A stretch of 64,000 bases of DNA, taken from Heteronotia binoei. Taxonomy: Eukaryota. Below the pieces are notes generated by a model. The model was given only the letters and a program-made list of their open reading frames with translations. It was not told the DNA's origin and did no database searches. Below, piece after piece: positions 12,751-26,799 of the stretch (position 1 is its first letter; each line of letters starts with the position of its first letter). The stretch lies in NCBI RefSeq assembly GCF_032191835.1, contig NC_083232.1, positions 62,496,001-62,560,000 of the forward strand. Reading direction: 5' to 3'. The position numbers were made by a program, and so were the translations under genes.

Positions 12751-13247
12751 GGGACCCCCCTTGGCAATGCGGGGGCCCCCCAGACCCCCCAGACCTGGGG
12801 CGACCCGCCCCCCCCGCCCCCTCCCTACGCCACTGCTACAGATTCATGTTTTATTTGTTTATGCTTCTGCACTTCTTGTTTATGTATCTCATAGTTTTCC
12901 TTTCAGCTCCAGAAGCTTTACAAAATGGTATGACTGAGAGATAACAAAAAAAAGAGGGTAATACACTGGAGGAAAATATACAATGGAACAAGGAAGAATG
13001 AAATTGGCAGCCTGTCACTAAAGTACTGTAACGGTCAATCTCCAAGACGTAATTCCTAATCAAAATGGTTCTCAATACTGGAAAAATTAGAAGATACCCT
13101 TGAAAAAAAGGGTATTCATAACGGGACCAATACTACAATTTTTTTTGAAAACCAGCTGGTTAATCTAATTATAGATATTTAATTTAAAAGTTATGTTTAA
13201 GCATGTAACAGATATGTTACCTTTATATAGACTAAGACTGTGTTAAC

Positions 13248-13426
13248 CAGGGCTTTTTTGTAGCAGGAATTCCTTTGTATATTATGCCATGCCCTCCTGA
13301 TGTGCCAATTTTCCTGGAGCTTACAGTAGGCCCTGTACTAAGAGGCATGTAAGCTCTTGGAGGATTGGCTACATCAGGGGTGTGTGGCCTAATATGCAAA
13401 GGAGTTCCTGTTACAAAAAAGCCCTG
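13248..13426. mobile_element. hAT MITE, CAGGGCTTTTTT-TIR family (179 bp)
   Basis: cagggctttttt / aaaaaagccctg; TSD gtgttaac/gtattaac (7/8). Confidence 0.9.
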
Positions 13427-14756
13427 GTATTAACTAAGAATAAAATTATGGTGCTGTAACATTCTATTGATGGTGAGTTGTTGTATTTGAAGTTTAAGAA
13501 AAATAAAAATGTTATACAAAAAAAGATAATCATATTTACCCCAAGTCATATCAATTAATAATAGTTTATCCTCCACAATTTTCACCCACATAGATTTAAA
13601 AGGCTGTTGTGAGTCAGCCAGGGCTCAGTAATAGTGAGGGCTCTTCAGGAGGAGCCCCATATACCCAAACTTGAGTTAACAGAAGCTGACCAGCAGGAAA
13701 ATGAACTACAGGCTTGTCAGGATTGCTTCTGAACAGCTGGCTGGAAGCATGACCCTTAGGCATGGGGCTATAAAAACCAGCCAAGAGAGGCTGTTAGGCA
13801 TGGACACAAGTTCATGCTAACAGTAATATTCTCCTCCAATACCACATTTTGAACAAATCAGCTTTCTTCATCCCCATACATAACAATGGGGGAAACTATG
13901 GCATGAATTATCTTGATCTTGGTTATTAGAGACACATCCTTATACTTAAGAACCATTTATAGCTCCTTCATGGGCAGGCTTCCCAGTCTCAATCTCCTGA
14001 TTTCTTGGTTGCAGTTTTCCTATTGGTTGATGACTGAGCCAAGGAATAAAAAATCTTGAACAATTTCAATTTCCTCATTGTCATCCTTAAAGCTGTATAG
14101 TCATGCCTTTTGTCTCCTTAACAGTCAGCTGTAATCCTGCTTTGACACTTTCTGCTTTAATGCTCAGCAGTAGTCATTTTATATCTTCATTATGTTCTGC
14201 CAGAATGTTACATATCTCAAATTCTTAATGTTCCTTCCACTGATTTTCACTGTACCTTTTTAAAAAACTAAACCAGCTTTCCTTATGATTTGTTCTTCAT
14301 ACAGATCTGAATAGATAAGGAGAATAGATAAAATACATCCTTATCTGTCACCTTTGCCAGATGAAAACCATTCTGTTTCTCTATATTCTGTCCTAACAGG
14401 AACACCTTGTCCAGAGCTCAGGTTGCACATCAAAACAATCAGATTTATGACACACCTATTTCATCACAGGATTTTTGAGGTAAGAGAGTATTAAGAGTCA
14501 TTTACCATGCCTTTTCCTGTGCATCTAACTAGACTTAGCTGAAGTGGCACCACTGTTGTCTATAGAAGATCCTCTACCACAGTCACTTTCTACTACTGGT
14601 GTTGCCCAGCAACAACCTTTTAAGTATTCCTCCACTCCCATCACCAGTGGAACTGTCCATTCTCTTCTGCTGATGTGGCTGTTAATGCATCTTAGTCTGG
14701 TGTCTCAGCAGTGACCATTTTGCCTTCAGAGACTCTGCTATGAGTTTAGCCTCTGG

Positions 14757-14879
14757 CAGAGCTTTTTTCTTTTTGTAGAAAAAGTCCAGCAGGAACTCAT
14801 TTGCATATTAGGCCACACCTCCTGGCCCCAAGCCAGCCCAAACTGCATTCCTGTGTGCTCCTGCTCAAAAAAATCCTTG
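14757..14879. mobile_element. hAT MITE, CAGGGCTTTTTT-TIR family
   Basis: cagagctttttt...aaaaaaatccttg; internal sequence matches 27603 and 48043; TSD degraded. Confidence 0.8.
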
Positions 14880-15849
14880 ATCTCTTGACAGAGTCCCAAC
14901 TCCATACAGTTTGGTTCTCAGCTTTCCTGACACACACAAAGCACCTCCCCATTAAGGTGTGCATCAAAGAGGGGACACAGTTGTTGGATTTTTGTCAAAA
15001 AAATTATCTTATCTGTACATGGCCCCATTGGGCAGATATTTTGATCCACAATATGAGACAAAATTCAGTATTACATATATTTTTTGTAAGACACATTCTA
15101 TAAGCATTTCCTTTCCTTTTTTTCTTTTTGCACCTTCCAGAGTAAAGGTTGCAATTTCAGACCAAGAAGAAGCAGCAGTAGTTCATGCCAAAATGAGAGG
15201 AATACAAACATAGTAGAAATTACTAGAAATGATCCAAATGGGTTACTAAAGCAGTTAATATACCAGAACTTCAAATAGAGTTATTTTTAATATATCAGGA
15301 AAAGTGTCAGTATTATAATGGTCTTAACATTCTGCTGAGGATGTCTTTTGGCATGTATTTTATTTCAGCTATTTCTAAATTATTTGAAATTATTTATGGA
15401 GGATGAGAAATGTCATGCTCCTGAAAACTTAGATTCTATTCTATGTCTACAGAATGTGGAGAGTGTATTATTAGTTTTTCAAATACTTACAAACCTTGCA
15501 AAGGCTTTTCAGTATCTTTTTATAAGTTATAGCCAGGCTTGGAGCTAAGCAGCTTCCGTGTGACTAGCAAACTGCAGCAGAATACTGTGATAATAATATC
15601 TTTAAATAAGTCTATATACTTACATTTAAAGTATCTACCTACATTTAAAGTAGATCAACAAAACGGACAATCTAGATCTTTAAGAATTCAAACAAGCAGC
15701 TAGTCAGATGGGGCAGAAGGTGGCATTTAACTCCCACCACAGAACAAACAGGGACACTACATCGTTACAGGCAGGAGACATGAGTTCACAGCAAAGGCAG
15801 CAGACTTTGACAATCAGCTCCATGTGGATATACTGGAGCTGGTCAATCA

Positions 15850-16020
15850 GGAGAAGAAGGAAGAGGAAGAAGAATGCAGATTAATACTCTGCCCTTCTCT
15901 CTGAATCAGAGACTCAGAGCGGCTTACAATCTCCTATATCTTCTCCTCCCACAACAGACATCTTGTGAGGTGGGTGCGGCTGAGAGGGTTCTCACAGCAG
16001 CTGCCCTTTCAAGGACAACC
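15850..16020 (-). mobile_element. 3' half of Squam3-like SINE
   Basis: Reverse complement of the 49677 copy, including the (GAA)n tail and cagctgccctttcaaggacaacc. Confidence 0.8.
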
Positions 16021-16651
16021 TGATCATGCATGGAATGTGCTGTCTGTGCAGTTTCTGGAGAGTCAGCAGCTGTGTACCTGTATGATGTGGTCTCCAACTG
16101 CCCCTTTCAACCATCACTGTGCACCTCCCCATCTCCTCTGTTCTGCTATCCCCTTTTTTCACCTGTCACTCTTAACCTTGTCACATCTACACAAATGCTA
16201 ACTGTGTTTACTGATAACAATCTGTTTCAATAATCTGTTTCAAACTTGGCTTCATGTATTGATTAAAGTTATTAGTGTTCACTATGGATAGGGTCGAAGC
16301 AGATAGACAATGAACTGTGGTTAAGGCTAACAAGAGAAGAGGCAGCAGGACTTAGGCTGGTTGGAGGCATTGTGCATTCTGCACAATAGATTATAATTCA
16401 CAAAATATTTTTTCCAATGATTAAGGCTGTTGCTGATAACATGTATTCTGTAATCCACACCTGCTGGATGTTTAACAGAAGACGGTTCAGCATTTCAAAC
16501 CCTGGAATTTAACTTCAGTACTTTAGCTCCATGGTAAGAAACCAAAGATGAAAATGAAGATATTCAGTTCTGTTAGAGATGAATTTTAAAAATCGCATCA
16601 GAAACCCTAAAAATTTAAAATTCTGATTACTACAGATTTGTCAGGCTATAC

Positions 16652-16975
16652 CAGAGGTGGCCAAACTGAGGCTCAGGAGCCATATGTGGCTCTTTTATAC
16701 ATATTATGTGGCTCTCAAAGCCCCCATCACTCTGTTGGCTGGCTTGGAGAAGGCATTTTCTCTCTTTAAATCACTTCACGAAGCCAGCTTGCTTGTTCTC
16801 TTTCCACCTCTCCCATCTATTTTCCTTCCTCCCTCCCTCCCTCCCTTCCTTCCTCCCTCCCTTCCGTTCTGCCTGCCTGCCTGCCGGCTCTCAAATAAGT
16901 CCATATCTTGCAGCTCTCAAACATCTAACATTTATTCTATGTGGTTTTTATGTTAAGTAAATTTGGCCACCCATG
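16652..16975. mobile_element. hAT MITE, CAGGGGTGGCCAAACT-type TIR
   Basis: cagaggtggccaaact / aatttggccacccatg; TSD ggctatac/ggctgtac (7/8); homologous to 33550-33826. Confidence 0.88.
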
Positions 16976-18849
16976 GGCTGTACTGTTTCCCACATCCTAT
17001 CAACTATTCAATAATTATTAAACCCACTGCATTCCAGCAATAATTTTTTGCCATCTACCTAATTACTGAATTCCAAATTCCTAGTGAATGCCAATCCAAA
17101 ATACAATTGCACATTGACTGTGAAATGCTAAAAACCTATACACCACCTGCTATTCCATAATATTTCTGAAAGGCTAATTACTAATGCATATGATTTACCA
17201 TACACACTGAAATACTAAACACTGTTGCTTTTTCACCTCTCATTCTGCCAAATATTGCCAAGTATGAAAATGAAAGATCAAATTTAAACCCAAACATGGG
17301 CTGTCAAATAATTACATTGTAGCATCAGCTCTTGCATGAGATAACTGCTGGGGGGGGAGGGGGGCAGTAGCTTTAACCATCTGCAGAGCATTACTGAGGC
17401 AGATAGATAATTTACAATGCAATCTTAAGCAGATATATACCCTTTTATGACCATTGACTTCATAAGATTTAGAAAGGTGTAATTCTTTTTTGGACCGCTC
17501 TGAGAGGCATTTAACTATATGTATGAATAATTTATGTAAACTTTTTCTCTTTACTTAAGAACCAACACAGTCTTTCCCCCCATTCCATACAAATGATTTT
17601 TTAATCAGCACATGAGAAGAGGTAGGGGGGGCATCAATATTATTATTTAATTTTTGGCGTTCAAAGTTCTGTGCCCCCACTGCTTTATATCTACTAAGAG
17701 ACTTGTTTGGAAGTTAACATAAAGAAATGCCATTGCTTCCCATGAGCTTTCAAGGCCTGGCTTTCAGACGTCCTCTCCTGCCTGTCACAACAATCGTCTG
17801 AATTAATATTTTAAAAAGTGTTAGATATCTGTTTCAGAAAACATCCATACTTGTTCTAAGGGACATCCATAAACACACAGAAGCAAGCTTTGCAAGTAGC
17901 TTAGCTACCAGTGATGCTGATGAGATCAGACAGAAACAGCAATCAGGCATTTTTTTAAAAGTCAAGTGACTGCTCCTGCCATTTATCCCATATCTAAATC
18001 TATAAAACATAAGCCCTGTATAACACTGTACACACAGTGGTAAAAGTTCTTTCTGACTTCAATAGACTTAGAAGTGTGTAACTCTTATGTAGCGCTGTAC
18101 TTACAAGGCCTTTCTTTTGAACAGATAAGTGTATGAATCTTTTTTGTGCAACAGTGTTCTAGCTCCCACACTGGAGATGCAACCTAAATACACCATCCAC
18201 AATGTATCATATTTCATCCATGCAGATGTTCCAAAGTGTATAATCTCTTCCCATGAAAATTCTGCACATCATATGAGGACAATCTACAGTTGGAAGATCT
18301 GCAGTTCTATACTATATATTATGTGTTCTCCAAATGTTAATGGAATTTCATTTTAGGCGGGGTTTTAAGTGGAGTGGGCCCTTAGAGATAAGTGATGGGT
18401 GGTGTACCATGTGAGGAAATGCTTGTTGAATTTATATACACTATCATGTTTCTCTTGATTTTTTTTGTCTTTTTTTTTCTCTTCTACCCCCTTGGGGGTA
18501 AGAACAATTCCAGGCACCTTCTGGAATGATTGCTATATTGTTAATGTTTTTAATTATTTTAAACTGTATTTAAATGTTGTACACTAGCCTCAACCCCAAG
18601 TATTGGGGGAGGGTGGTCTAAAAATTAAATATAAAAAGAACAACAACAATACTGTTTCTCCATTTAGAAATGTCCACATTTAGGAAGAGCATTTTACAAC
18701 TGGAGGTGCTTAAGTGCTAAGAACACAACACCATAAATTTCAACATGTGGCAGATAATTTACTGAGTCTATATAAGGATTGAAAGATTTATATTAGGATC
18801 TTTTCTCCATGCAAATGACCCTGAAGGTTTCCTTTACTGTCAGGTTAAT

Positions 18850-19063
18850 CAGTGGGTATTAGCCATGGTGACTGAGAGGAACCCACATGTTCAGAGGCAG
18901 TCAGCCTCTGAATGCAGTGCTGGGAGGCAAGATCACGAGAAGGTCTTGGCCTCTATGCCCTGCTGTTGGTCTTTCAGAGGAACTGGTTGGTCACGATCTG
19001 AGACAGGATGCTGGACTAGATGGACCACTAGTCTGATCCAGCTGGGCTCTTCTTATATTCTTA
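18850..19063 (+). mobile_element. CR1-type LINE 3' end fragment
   Basis: gatgctggactagatggaccact...ggctcttcttatattctta, related to the CR1 3' ends at ~26400 and ~57420. Confidence 0.7.
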
Positions 19064-21075
19064 CCTAGTGGTACATGTCTTGGGATGGTTTCTTGTGTCA
19101 TCTGGAGCATCTTCGTTATGCACACTGTACTTTCAGTAATCTATATTAAGGGATGTGTACCCAGATCATCCTACTTTGTAATAGATGCCTTCTTACACCT
19201 TTTTGGCTCAATAGACTTAGAAGGGTATAACTCTGATTAGAATTGCACTGTAGTGTAATTAATATGTACAATACTATGATGATTATCTGTAAGACTATTT
19301 TTGTCTGTCCTGAATCTCATTAGACTACCCTAAGACAAAAAAAAAATCTCATTTTTTTCTCCATGGTTAATTTTCTGACACACAGATATGATGCCTGTTA
19401 AATTTATTATGTTTGTTTTCTTGGTCTTGATTCTGAGAACACAAAAAGGGGAAAGGAGGTCTTCAATACAATCAGAACAACCCTCCCTCTTCCCAAAAGG
19501 ACTGAAGGAAAATATACATATGTAGATTTGCTATTTTGGCACAAAATCAGCACAGAAAACAGGGCAGCTGCTACAACAAGTTCCTTGCTTTAAAATAACT
19601 TTGAAGCATGTTATAAAATATATTAAAAATAAAAGCAAATGATATTCCCTTAAAGATCTACATTAAAGCTTCTACATTATTCATTTGATGCCATGTATTC
19701 TGAATCAGTCCATCCAACTTTCTCTTGCACATGCTTTGAACAAGGCTAAAACTTTATGACGTCTATGAGCTTTAGATTGCACAATATTAAAGCCACTGGA
19801 GTTTTTGTAGAAGGTATCTTCCTAGCCCCTATTGCATGGTCAAGTCTTGCCAATGACAGGGGGATAGCATCAATATTTTTTTTTACTTCAACTGACAGGT
19901 AGGTAAATCTATTAGATAAGTATTTTATTTCTTTCATGCAATTCAAAATAATTAATGTGTAGAATTTATTACAATGGCCACAGCTATTGAAGGCTTCATA
20001 AAGGAGTATACAAGTTCACAGAAAATGGGTCTATTAATGGCTGTTAGACATAATAGCTACACATGGAATTGAATTGTTCAGAGGGACTTACTTCTCCGAT
20101 CAGTAGAGTTCCAAAGTTAGCCCCTACCTCTTTTGAATCTTCTCTACCCAGAGCCAGCCCTGGTAATTTTTTGGATATAACTGAGTTGCAGAACTGTGGC
20201 CAAGAGATGTGCATATTCTTGTTCTGAAACTATATAGAAAAGGGAAGAAAGTTGGAACACAAATTCCTGAAACACTGTAATGCAGTGAATGAAAAAAAAA
20301 ACTCTTTAAAATTAACATTTACCTAGTCAATAGAAAGATGCCTTCCTACCCACAAACCTATTCAGGTAAACATGTTTGTATTCATAAAAAAAATGTAGTC
20401 CATCTTAAATGACATTCCTAGTTATTTCTTCAGCACTCTGAATTATGGAATAAACACCACTCTAGAGTCTTGTACTTGACATACCTGGGAATACAGAATA
20501 TTTTATTCTAAATAAATAATTTTCTGCTTTGGAATTCTGAAAGAGACATTTAACTACAGCTTTGTTTTATCAATAATAATGACCAAGTTACTTATGTTAT
20601 TAAAGTACCCCTGGGAGAGTATCAGAAGTTTCCGTTTTCTCCCCTTTGAAATGCTTAAGAAAATTCACTGTGGTTTAATACTTAATGTTCTTCAGTTCTC
20701 TTACACAAATGTGAAAATACCCTTCATTGTCCATGGCTAAGCCAAAATTGTGCCATTTTTCTGTACCACAACAGCAAGCTCTGATTAATTATTAAACTGG
20801 AATTTCCCCCCTCATCTTTCCTGGCTGTTCCATCAATGATGACTTTGCTGAGGAAGGCATTTGTTGTTAAATATTAATTGGATGAACTGGTCAAGTAATC
20901 TCCACCCCCTCTATTTTGTTTACAACTTTGGCAGAAAGAGAAGTGTGGCTATTAGAAAATACCGCTACTAAGGAAACCTAGATTGGGAGGCAACTGCACA
21001 CTCAAAATCCTAAGCTGTAAATATTGTCTGTGTCACCAAAACAAAGGTAGGTGGGATCGATTGATACCTCTGCTC

Positions 21076-21459
21076 TAGGGTTGCCAGTCCCTAGGTGGGG
21101 GTGAGGGTTCTCCTGATTTCATGTGCTCTTGCCTGCCACTGGCCAGCTAGCCAATGGGGGGGAACCCCACCCCCAAGAGCAACCACTGGTGGCCACCCCT
21201 CTCCCTCCCTCCTGTGAAATTTAAATAGCCCTTCAGCTGACTGGCAGGAACATGTGGCCTGCTGATTTAAAGGAGAGCTGTTTACATTTTGCAAGAGGAA
21301 GGGATAGGGGATGCATGCCTAAATTTCAGATGTGAAATGGCTGCTTGGAGTTCAGGCGTGTGGGGTGCTGGTCCCTAACATGATGACAGCACTTCTGCCC
21401 CCTCCGGGAATGGCACCCAAAGTCCCCCACCAGGGAGGAATCAGAACCTGGCAATCCTA
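21076..21459. mobile_element. hAT MITE, TAGGGTTGCCA-type TIR (older copy)
   Basis: tagggttgccag / ctggcaatccta; TSD largely degraded. Confidence 0.7.
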
Positions 21460-21544
21460 CTCCACCTATACATAGCTCCATTCACCAGAGAAAAGGACAA
21501 ATTTTATCAGATGTGGCTCAAAGCCAAGGGAAGGAAGGTGGCAT

Positions 21545-21720
21545 AGTATAGCCTGAGTTTCTCAAATCTTGGAAGCTGTACTTGGATAGGAGACCATCAA
21601 TGATGACTTTGCTGAGGAAGGCAATGGCAAACGATCTCTGCTTCTCACTCACTTTGAAAGCCCCCTGCTGAAAGTTCCTTGCAAATTGATAGCACTTGTG
21701 TACATCTGTAGCTACCAGTG
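21545..21720 (+). mobile_element. Degenerate 5S rRNA-derived SINE
   Basis: tcttggaagct...gtacttggataggagacc resembles the 5S internal control region, followed by gaaggcaatggcaaac as in the 37563 copy. Confidence 0.55.
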
Positions 21721-22129
21721 TGAAATATTGACTAACTACCCTTGGCAGTTTCCCTAAGCATCTCAATACTGAAATGATTATACCTACCTATTTCACATTG
21801 GTCTCCATAGCTTATATGCTAGGCTATCTTCCTTCCTCTAGTAACTTTGCTGGAAGCCCCACTGAGTAGACTTGAGAACAATTCTAAATAGGCCTGCTTA
21901 GGATTGTTCTCAGTGTGGACTGTTTTAATTCCACCTGTTGGCATTTGGCTGTTAATTCCATTCCACCTGCAAGTTCTTTTATAGAAAGTAGTTTACAGAT
22001 AGTAGATTTATGCTTTACCAATAAATGCCATATTGCATTAGCTGCCTCGGAACTATGCATACACATCAATAAATACATAAATACAAATACATCAAAAATA
22101 AGCATAATGTTTGAATATTATCCTGTTTA

Positions 22130-22330
22130 GACTATTTGGATACAGTGTCACAGCAGGATCTGGGAGACCCATGTTCAAATCTCCAGTCTAGCTTGGAAGC
22201 TTGCTGCGAGATCAGTCACATACTATCAACCTAACCTACCTCACAGGGCTTTGCTGTGATGATAAAATGGAGAATGAAGAAATGATGTAAGTCATGTTGG
22301 GTCCCCATTGGGGAGAAAAGTAGGATATAA
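22130..22330 (+). mobile_element. Older MIR/Squam3-like SINE
   Basis: ctgggagacccatgttcaaatc head; cctaacctacctcacagggct core; gtaggatataaa tail. Confidence 0.6.
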
Positions 22331-23409
22331 AAGAAGTACATGCATAAATAATTTTAACATTAAAGCTCTATGTTTGTTGCAATTCTATAAACAATCCCAA
22401 TTACAACCAAATACAGAATAACATAGCTGACTAAAATTGCATTCAAAACAGAGAAGCTCTGCACCTAACTTATAATTGCAGTACCAGATAAAATAGATTT
22501 ATATGGCTCACTGACAGTTCAAACAGTTATCTTATACAGTACACCAAAGTTGATTGTGAACGTTATACAGCATCACATATGCCAGGCTACTGAATATTTG
22601 CTTTTCTGTATTTTCTCCTAAACTATTCATTGCATTCCCAGAATACATTTTAACAATGCAGCCATTACAGGAGTGATTTATGGTGAATTATAACCTATTA
22701 TGGTGAATTATGAAGGAAGGGTGACTCAGGTATTTACTAAAAAAGGAGATCAAACAGTTAAAGCAGGCAGAACAGAACTAAAATAGGAGTTTTATGTCTG
22801 CAAACATTTTATCTCTCAAAGGGCAGCTAATGTACTTGCAGACAGGAACCGGACCACGTGTTCCTTGGATTCAGTCTACACTTTCCTGCATAACTGGTAG
22901 GAGCATTCCAGAGAGAACCCCAAGGCGTGAATTGGCCACTGCTTTGGGGATGTTTTTTGTTTCTGAAATGAAACTGAGTAGATCTCTGCTTACTAGTAAT
23001 AGTGGCATCATTAAACAGCCAATCAGATTTAGCTATGTTACAAAATCATTAAGCACTGATGACAGATGTGAAAATGGGAAAAAATGACACAAAAGCAAAT
23101 GCTAATGGAGTGGTAAAGAACAATGACAACATTATTTCTATAAACGTTTCTGAAATATTTACCAGAAATTTTATGGCACCCTGAAATTATACCAGAATGT
23201 TCATGCTTGAACATGAAACATGATCCTAATAGGAAATAAAAATCAATGTAAGTCAGCTTTAATGCCTCCTGCCCTAAACTAATTTTGTAGGATCTGTTTT
23301 GTGTTCAACTCTACCTATACCATTTTTCTAAAGCTTCTAATACTATAAAATTACATTTTTACTGAAAAGAAACCTGACTTATTTGGAATAGCACATTTTG
23401 CAGTTGTAC

Positions 23410-26400
23410 AATACCATATGTAAAATTGGTGAGTTGGAATGTTTAGTGTTGGGGGAAAACATAGACATTGTGGGAATTTCAGAAACTTGGTGGAATGAGG
23501 AGAATCAGTGGAACACGGTGATTCCTGGATATAAGTTATACCGGAAGGATAGGGAGGGAAGGGTTGGAGGTGGTGTGGCTCTGTATGTCAGAGAGGATAT
23601 ACGGTCCAGTAAGACTGAGATCAGAGAATTGGACTCCCTTATAGAAATGCTTTGGGTTGAAATAGAGGGCCCAAAAGGAAATTTAACTATGGGAGTTTGT
23701 TATCACCCATCAAATCAAAAGACAGAGGATGACTATAATATGATGGAAGGCTTAAAGATGGTGGCTAGACGAAAAAACAGTGTCATCATAGGTGATTTTA
23801 ACTACCCGCAGATTGATTGGGTCAATATGTGTTCTGGTTGAGAGAAAGAGATTGAGTTTCTAGATGCTCTCAATGACTGTGCTATGGAGCAGATGGTCAC
23901 AGAACCTACCAGGGGTGGGGCGATCCTGGATTTGGTCCTAAGTAATGCCCAAGACCTGGTGAGAGATGTAAAAGTGATCGCACCGCTTGGGAGCAGTGAC
24001 CATAACATTATTGATGTCACTATTTGTATAAATAGGGAGTTGCCCCAAAAGACCAGCACGACCACGTTTAACTTTAAAAGGGGTAAATTCACTGAGATGC
24101 AGAGGCATGTGAAGAGGAAACTGAAAGGAAAGGTAAATACAGTCAAAACCCTTGAGGAAGCTTGGAGGCTATTTAAAACTACAGTCCTAGAAACACAGAT
24201 AAAATATATACCACAAGTTAGGAAAGGTACAAACAGGTATAAGAGAAGGCCTGTATGGTTAACAAAGTAATGGAAGCTGTAAAAGGTAAGAAGGACTCCT
24301 TTAAGCGGTAGAAAGCTAGTCCAAGTGAAATTAACAAAAGGGAACACAGGCAATGGCAAATCAAATGTAAGACTGTGATCAGGCAGGCAAAAAGGGACTC
24401 CGTCTTTTTGCCTCCGTCTTCACTGTGGAAGATGAGAAGTGTTTACCTGCTCTGGAACCACTTCTATTGGAAGGGGTGTTGAAAGACCTGAGCCAGACTG
24501 AGGTGACAAGAAAGGAGGTCCTACAACTGATGGACGAATCAAAAAGGGACTATAAGGAGCATATTGCAAAAAACATAAAGACCAACAATAAAAATTTCTT
24601 CAAATATATTAGAAGCAGAAAACCAGCCAGGGAGGCAGTGGGGCCCTTGGATGACCAAGGGGTCAAAGGATTACTGAAGGAGGATAGGGAAATGGCTGAG
24701 AAGCTAAATGAATTTTTTGCCTCCGTCTTCACTGTGGAAGATGAGAAGTGTTTACCTGCTCTGGAACCACTTCTATTGGAAGGGGTGTTGAAAGACCTGA
24801 GCCAGATTGAGGTGACAAGAGAGGAGGTCCTACAACTGATAGATGAATTAAAAACCAATAAGTCACCAGGTCCAGATGGCATACATCCAAGAGTTCTAAA
24901 AGAACTCAAAGTTGAACTTGTGGATCTTCTAACAAAAATATGTAATCTTTCATTGACATCTGCCTCCGTTCCTGAGGATTGGAAGGTAGCAAATGTCACC
25001 CCCATCTTTAAAAAGGGTTCCAGAGGAGATCCAGGAAATTACAGGCCAGTCAGTCTGACTTCAATATTGGGAAAGTTGGTAGAAACCATTATCAAGGACA
25101 GAATGAATAGGCACATTGATGAACACGAGTTATTGAGGAAGACTCAGCATGGGTTCTGTAAGGGAAGCTCTTGCCTCACTAACCTGTTACATTTCTTTGA
25201 GGGGGTGAACAAACATGTGGACAAAGGAGACCCGATAGATATTGTTTACCTTGACTTCCAGAAAGCTTTTGATAAAGTTCCTCATCAAAGGCTCCTTAGG
25301 AAGCTCGAGAGTCATGGAGTAAAAGGACAGGTCCTCTTGTGGATCAAAAACTGGCTAATTAATAGGAAGCAGAGAGTGAGTATAAATGGGCAGTCTTCAC
25401 AGTGGAGGACGGTAAGCAGTGGGGTGCCGCAGGGCTCAGTACTGGGTCCCATGCTCTTTAACTTGTTCATAAATGATTTGGAGTTGAGAGTAAGCAGTGA
25501 AGTGGCCAAGTTTGCAGATGACACTAAATTGTTCAGGGTGGTAAGAACCAGAGAGGATTGTGAGGCACTCCAAAGGAATCTGTTGAGGCTGGGTGAGTGG
25601 GCGTCAACGTGGCAGATGAGGTTCATTGTGGCCAAGTGCAAAGTAATGCACATTGGGGCCAAGGATCCCAGCTACAAATACAAGTTGATGGGGTGTGAAC
25701 TGGCAGAGACGACCAAGAGAGAGATCTTGGGGTTGTGGTAGATAACTCACTGAAAATGTCAAGACAGTGTGCGATTGCAATAAAAAAGGCCAACACCATG
25801 CTGGGTATTATTAGGAAGGGAACTAAAAACGAATCAGCCAGTATCATAACGCCCCTGTATAAATCGATGGTGCGGTCTCATTTGGAATACTGTGTACAAT
25901 TCTGGTCACCGCACCTCAAAAATGATATTATAGCATTGGAAAAAGTGCAGAAAAGGGCAACTAGAATGATTACAGGCTTGGAACACTTTCCCTATGAAGA
26001 AAGGTTAAAACGCTTGAGGCTCTTTAGCTTGGAGAAACGTCGACTGCGGGTGACATGATAGAGGTTTACAAGATCATGCATGGGATGGAGAAGGTAGAGA
26101 AAGAAGTACTTTTCTCCCTTTCTCACAATACAAGAACTCGTGGACATTCAATGAAATTGCTGAGCAGTCGGGTTAGAACGGATAAAAGGAGGTACTTCTT
26201 CACCCAAAGGGTGATTAACATGTGGAATTCACTGCCACAGGAGGTGGTGGCAGCTACAGGCATAGCCAGCTTCAAGAGGGGGTTAGATAAAAATATAGAG
26301 CAGAGGTCCATCAGTGGCTATTAGCCACAGTGTGTTGTGTGTGTGTGTGTATATATATTATTGGCCACTCTGTGATACAGAGTGTTGGACTGGATGGGCC

Positions 26401-26439
26401 GTTGGCCTGATCCAACATGGCTTCTCTTGTGTTCTTATG
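23410..26439 (+). mobile_element. CR1 LINE, 5'-truncated ORF2 (APE endonuclease and RT) plus 3' UTR; inactivated
   Basis: ORFs 23398..23841 (DIVGISETWW, IIGDFNYP), 23884..24270, 24425..25741 (GPDGIHPRVLKE, GVPQGSVLGP, KFADDTKL), 25735..26058 and 26055..26324; stops and frameshifts; 3' end atggcttctcttgtgttcttatg. Confidence 0.95.
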
Positions 26440-26799
26440 AATGAATGACACACTTCTCTCTGGCAACTGAAATAAAATATGCTAAACCAATTACATTCAT
26501 ACACTTTTCTCTTGAACCTGACTCAAGTTTTAATCCAATTTCTGTATGCCAGCATTCTGCAACAGAAGTCAGAATCCCTGAAATATATAAAGGGCTTCAA
26601 AACATCAAGATATATAATCAAATTCTCCAATCTGTAACCATTCTAGCTTTTCTCATTTACAGTTTTTTTCAAATGTGACTTTTTTGAAATATGGTGGTGA
26701 TCACAACAACAAACCAAATAAAATCTTGTCTGGTGAGAAAATGGGAAGAACTGCAATGGCCTTCTTTTATTGTTTAGTTGTAGAATAAGTATTGATTTA

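Larger units (their letters stand above)
11912..12835. mobile_element. Pack-hAT element 1 (924 bp) carrying a RAB28 promoter/exon 1 fragment
   Basis: TIRs CAGTGGCGTAGCTAGGG vs reverse-complement CAGTGGCGTAGGGAGGG (15/17); TSD ctacagac (11904-11911) / ctacagat (12836-12843); termini shared with 48578-49134. Confidence 0.9.

Noticed and set aside
19746-19946. Short open frames with splice-like sites on both strands
   Set aside because: Not ZNF385D sequence and no recognisable product.
23398-26324. Active CR1 or host RT gene
   Set aside because: Multiple stops, frameshifts, an internal insertion and 5' truncation.
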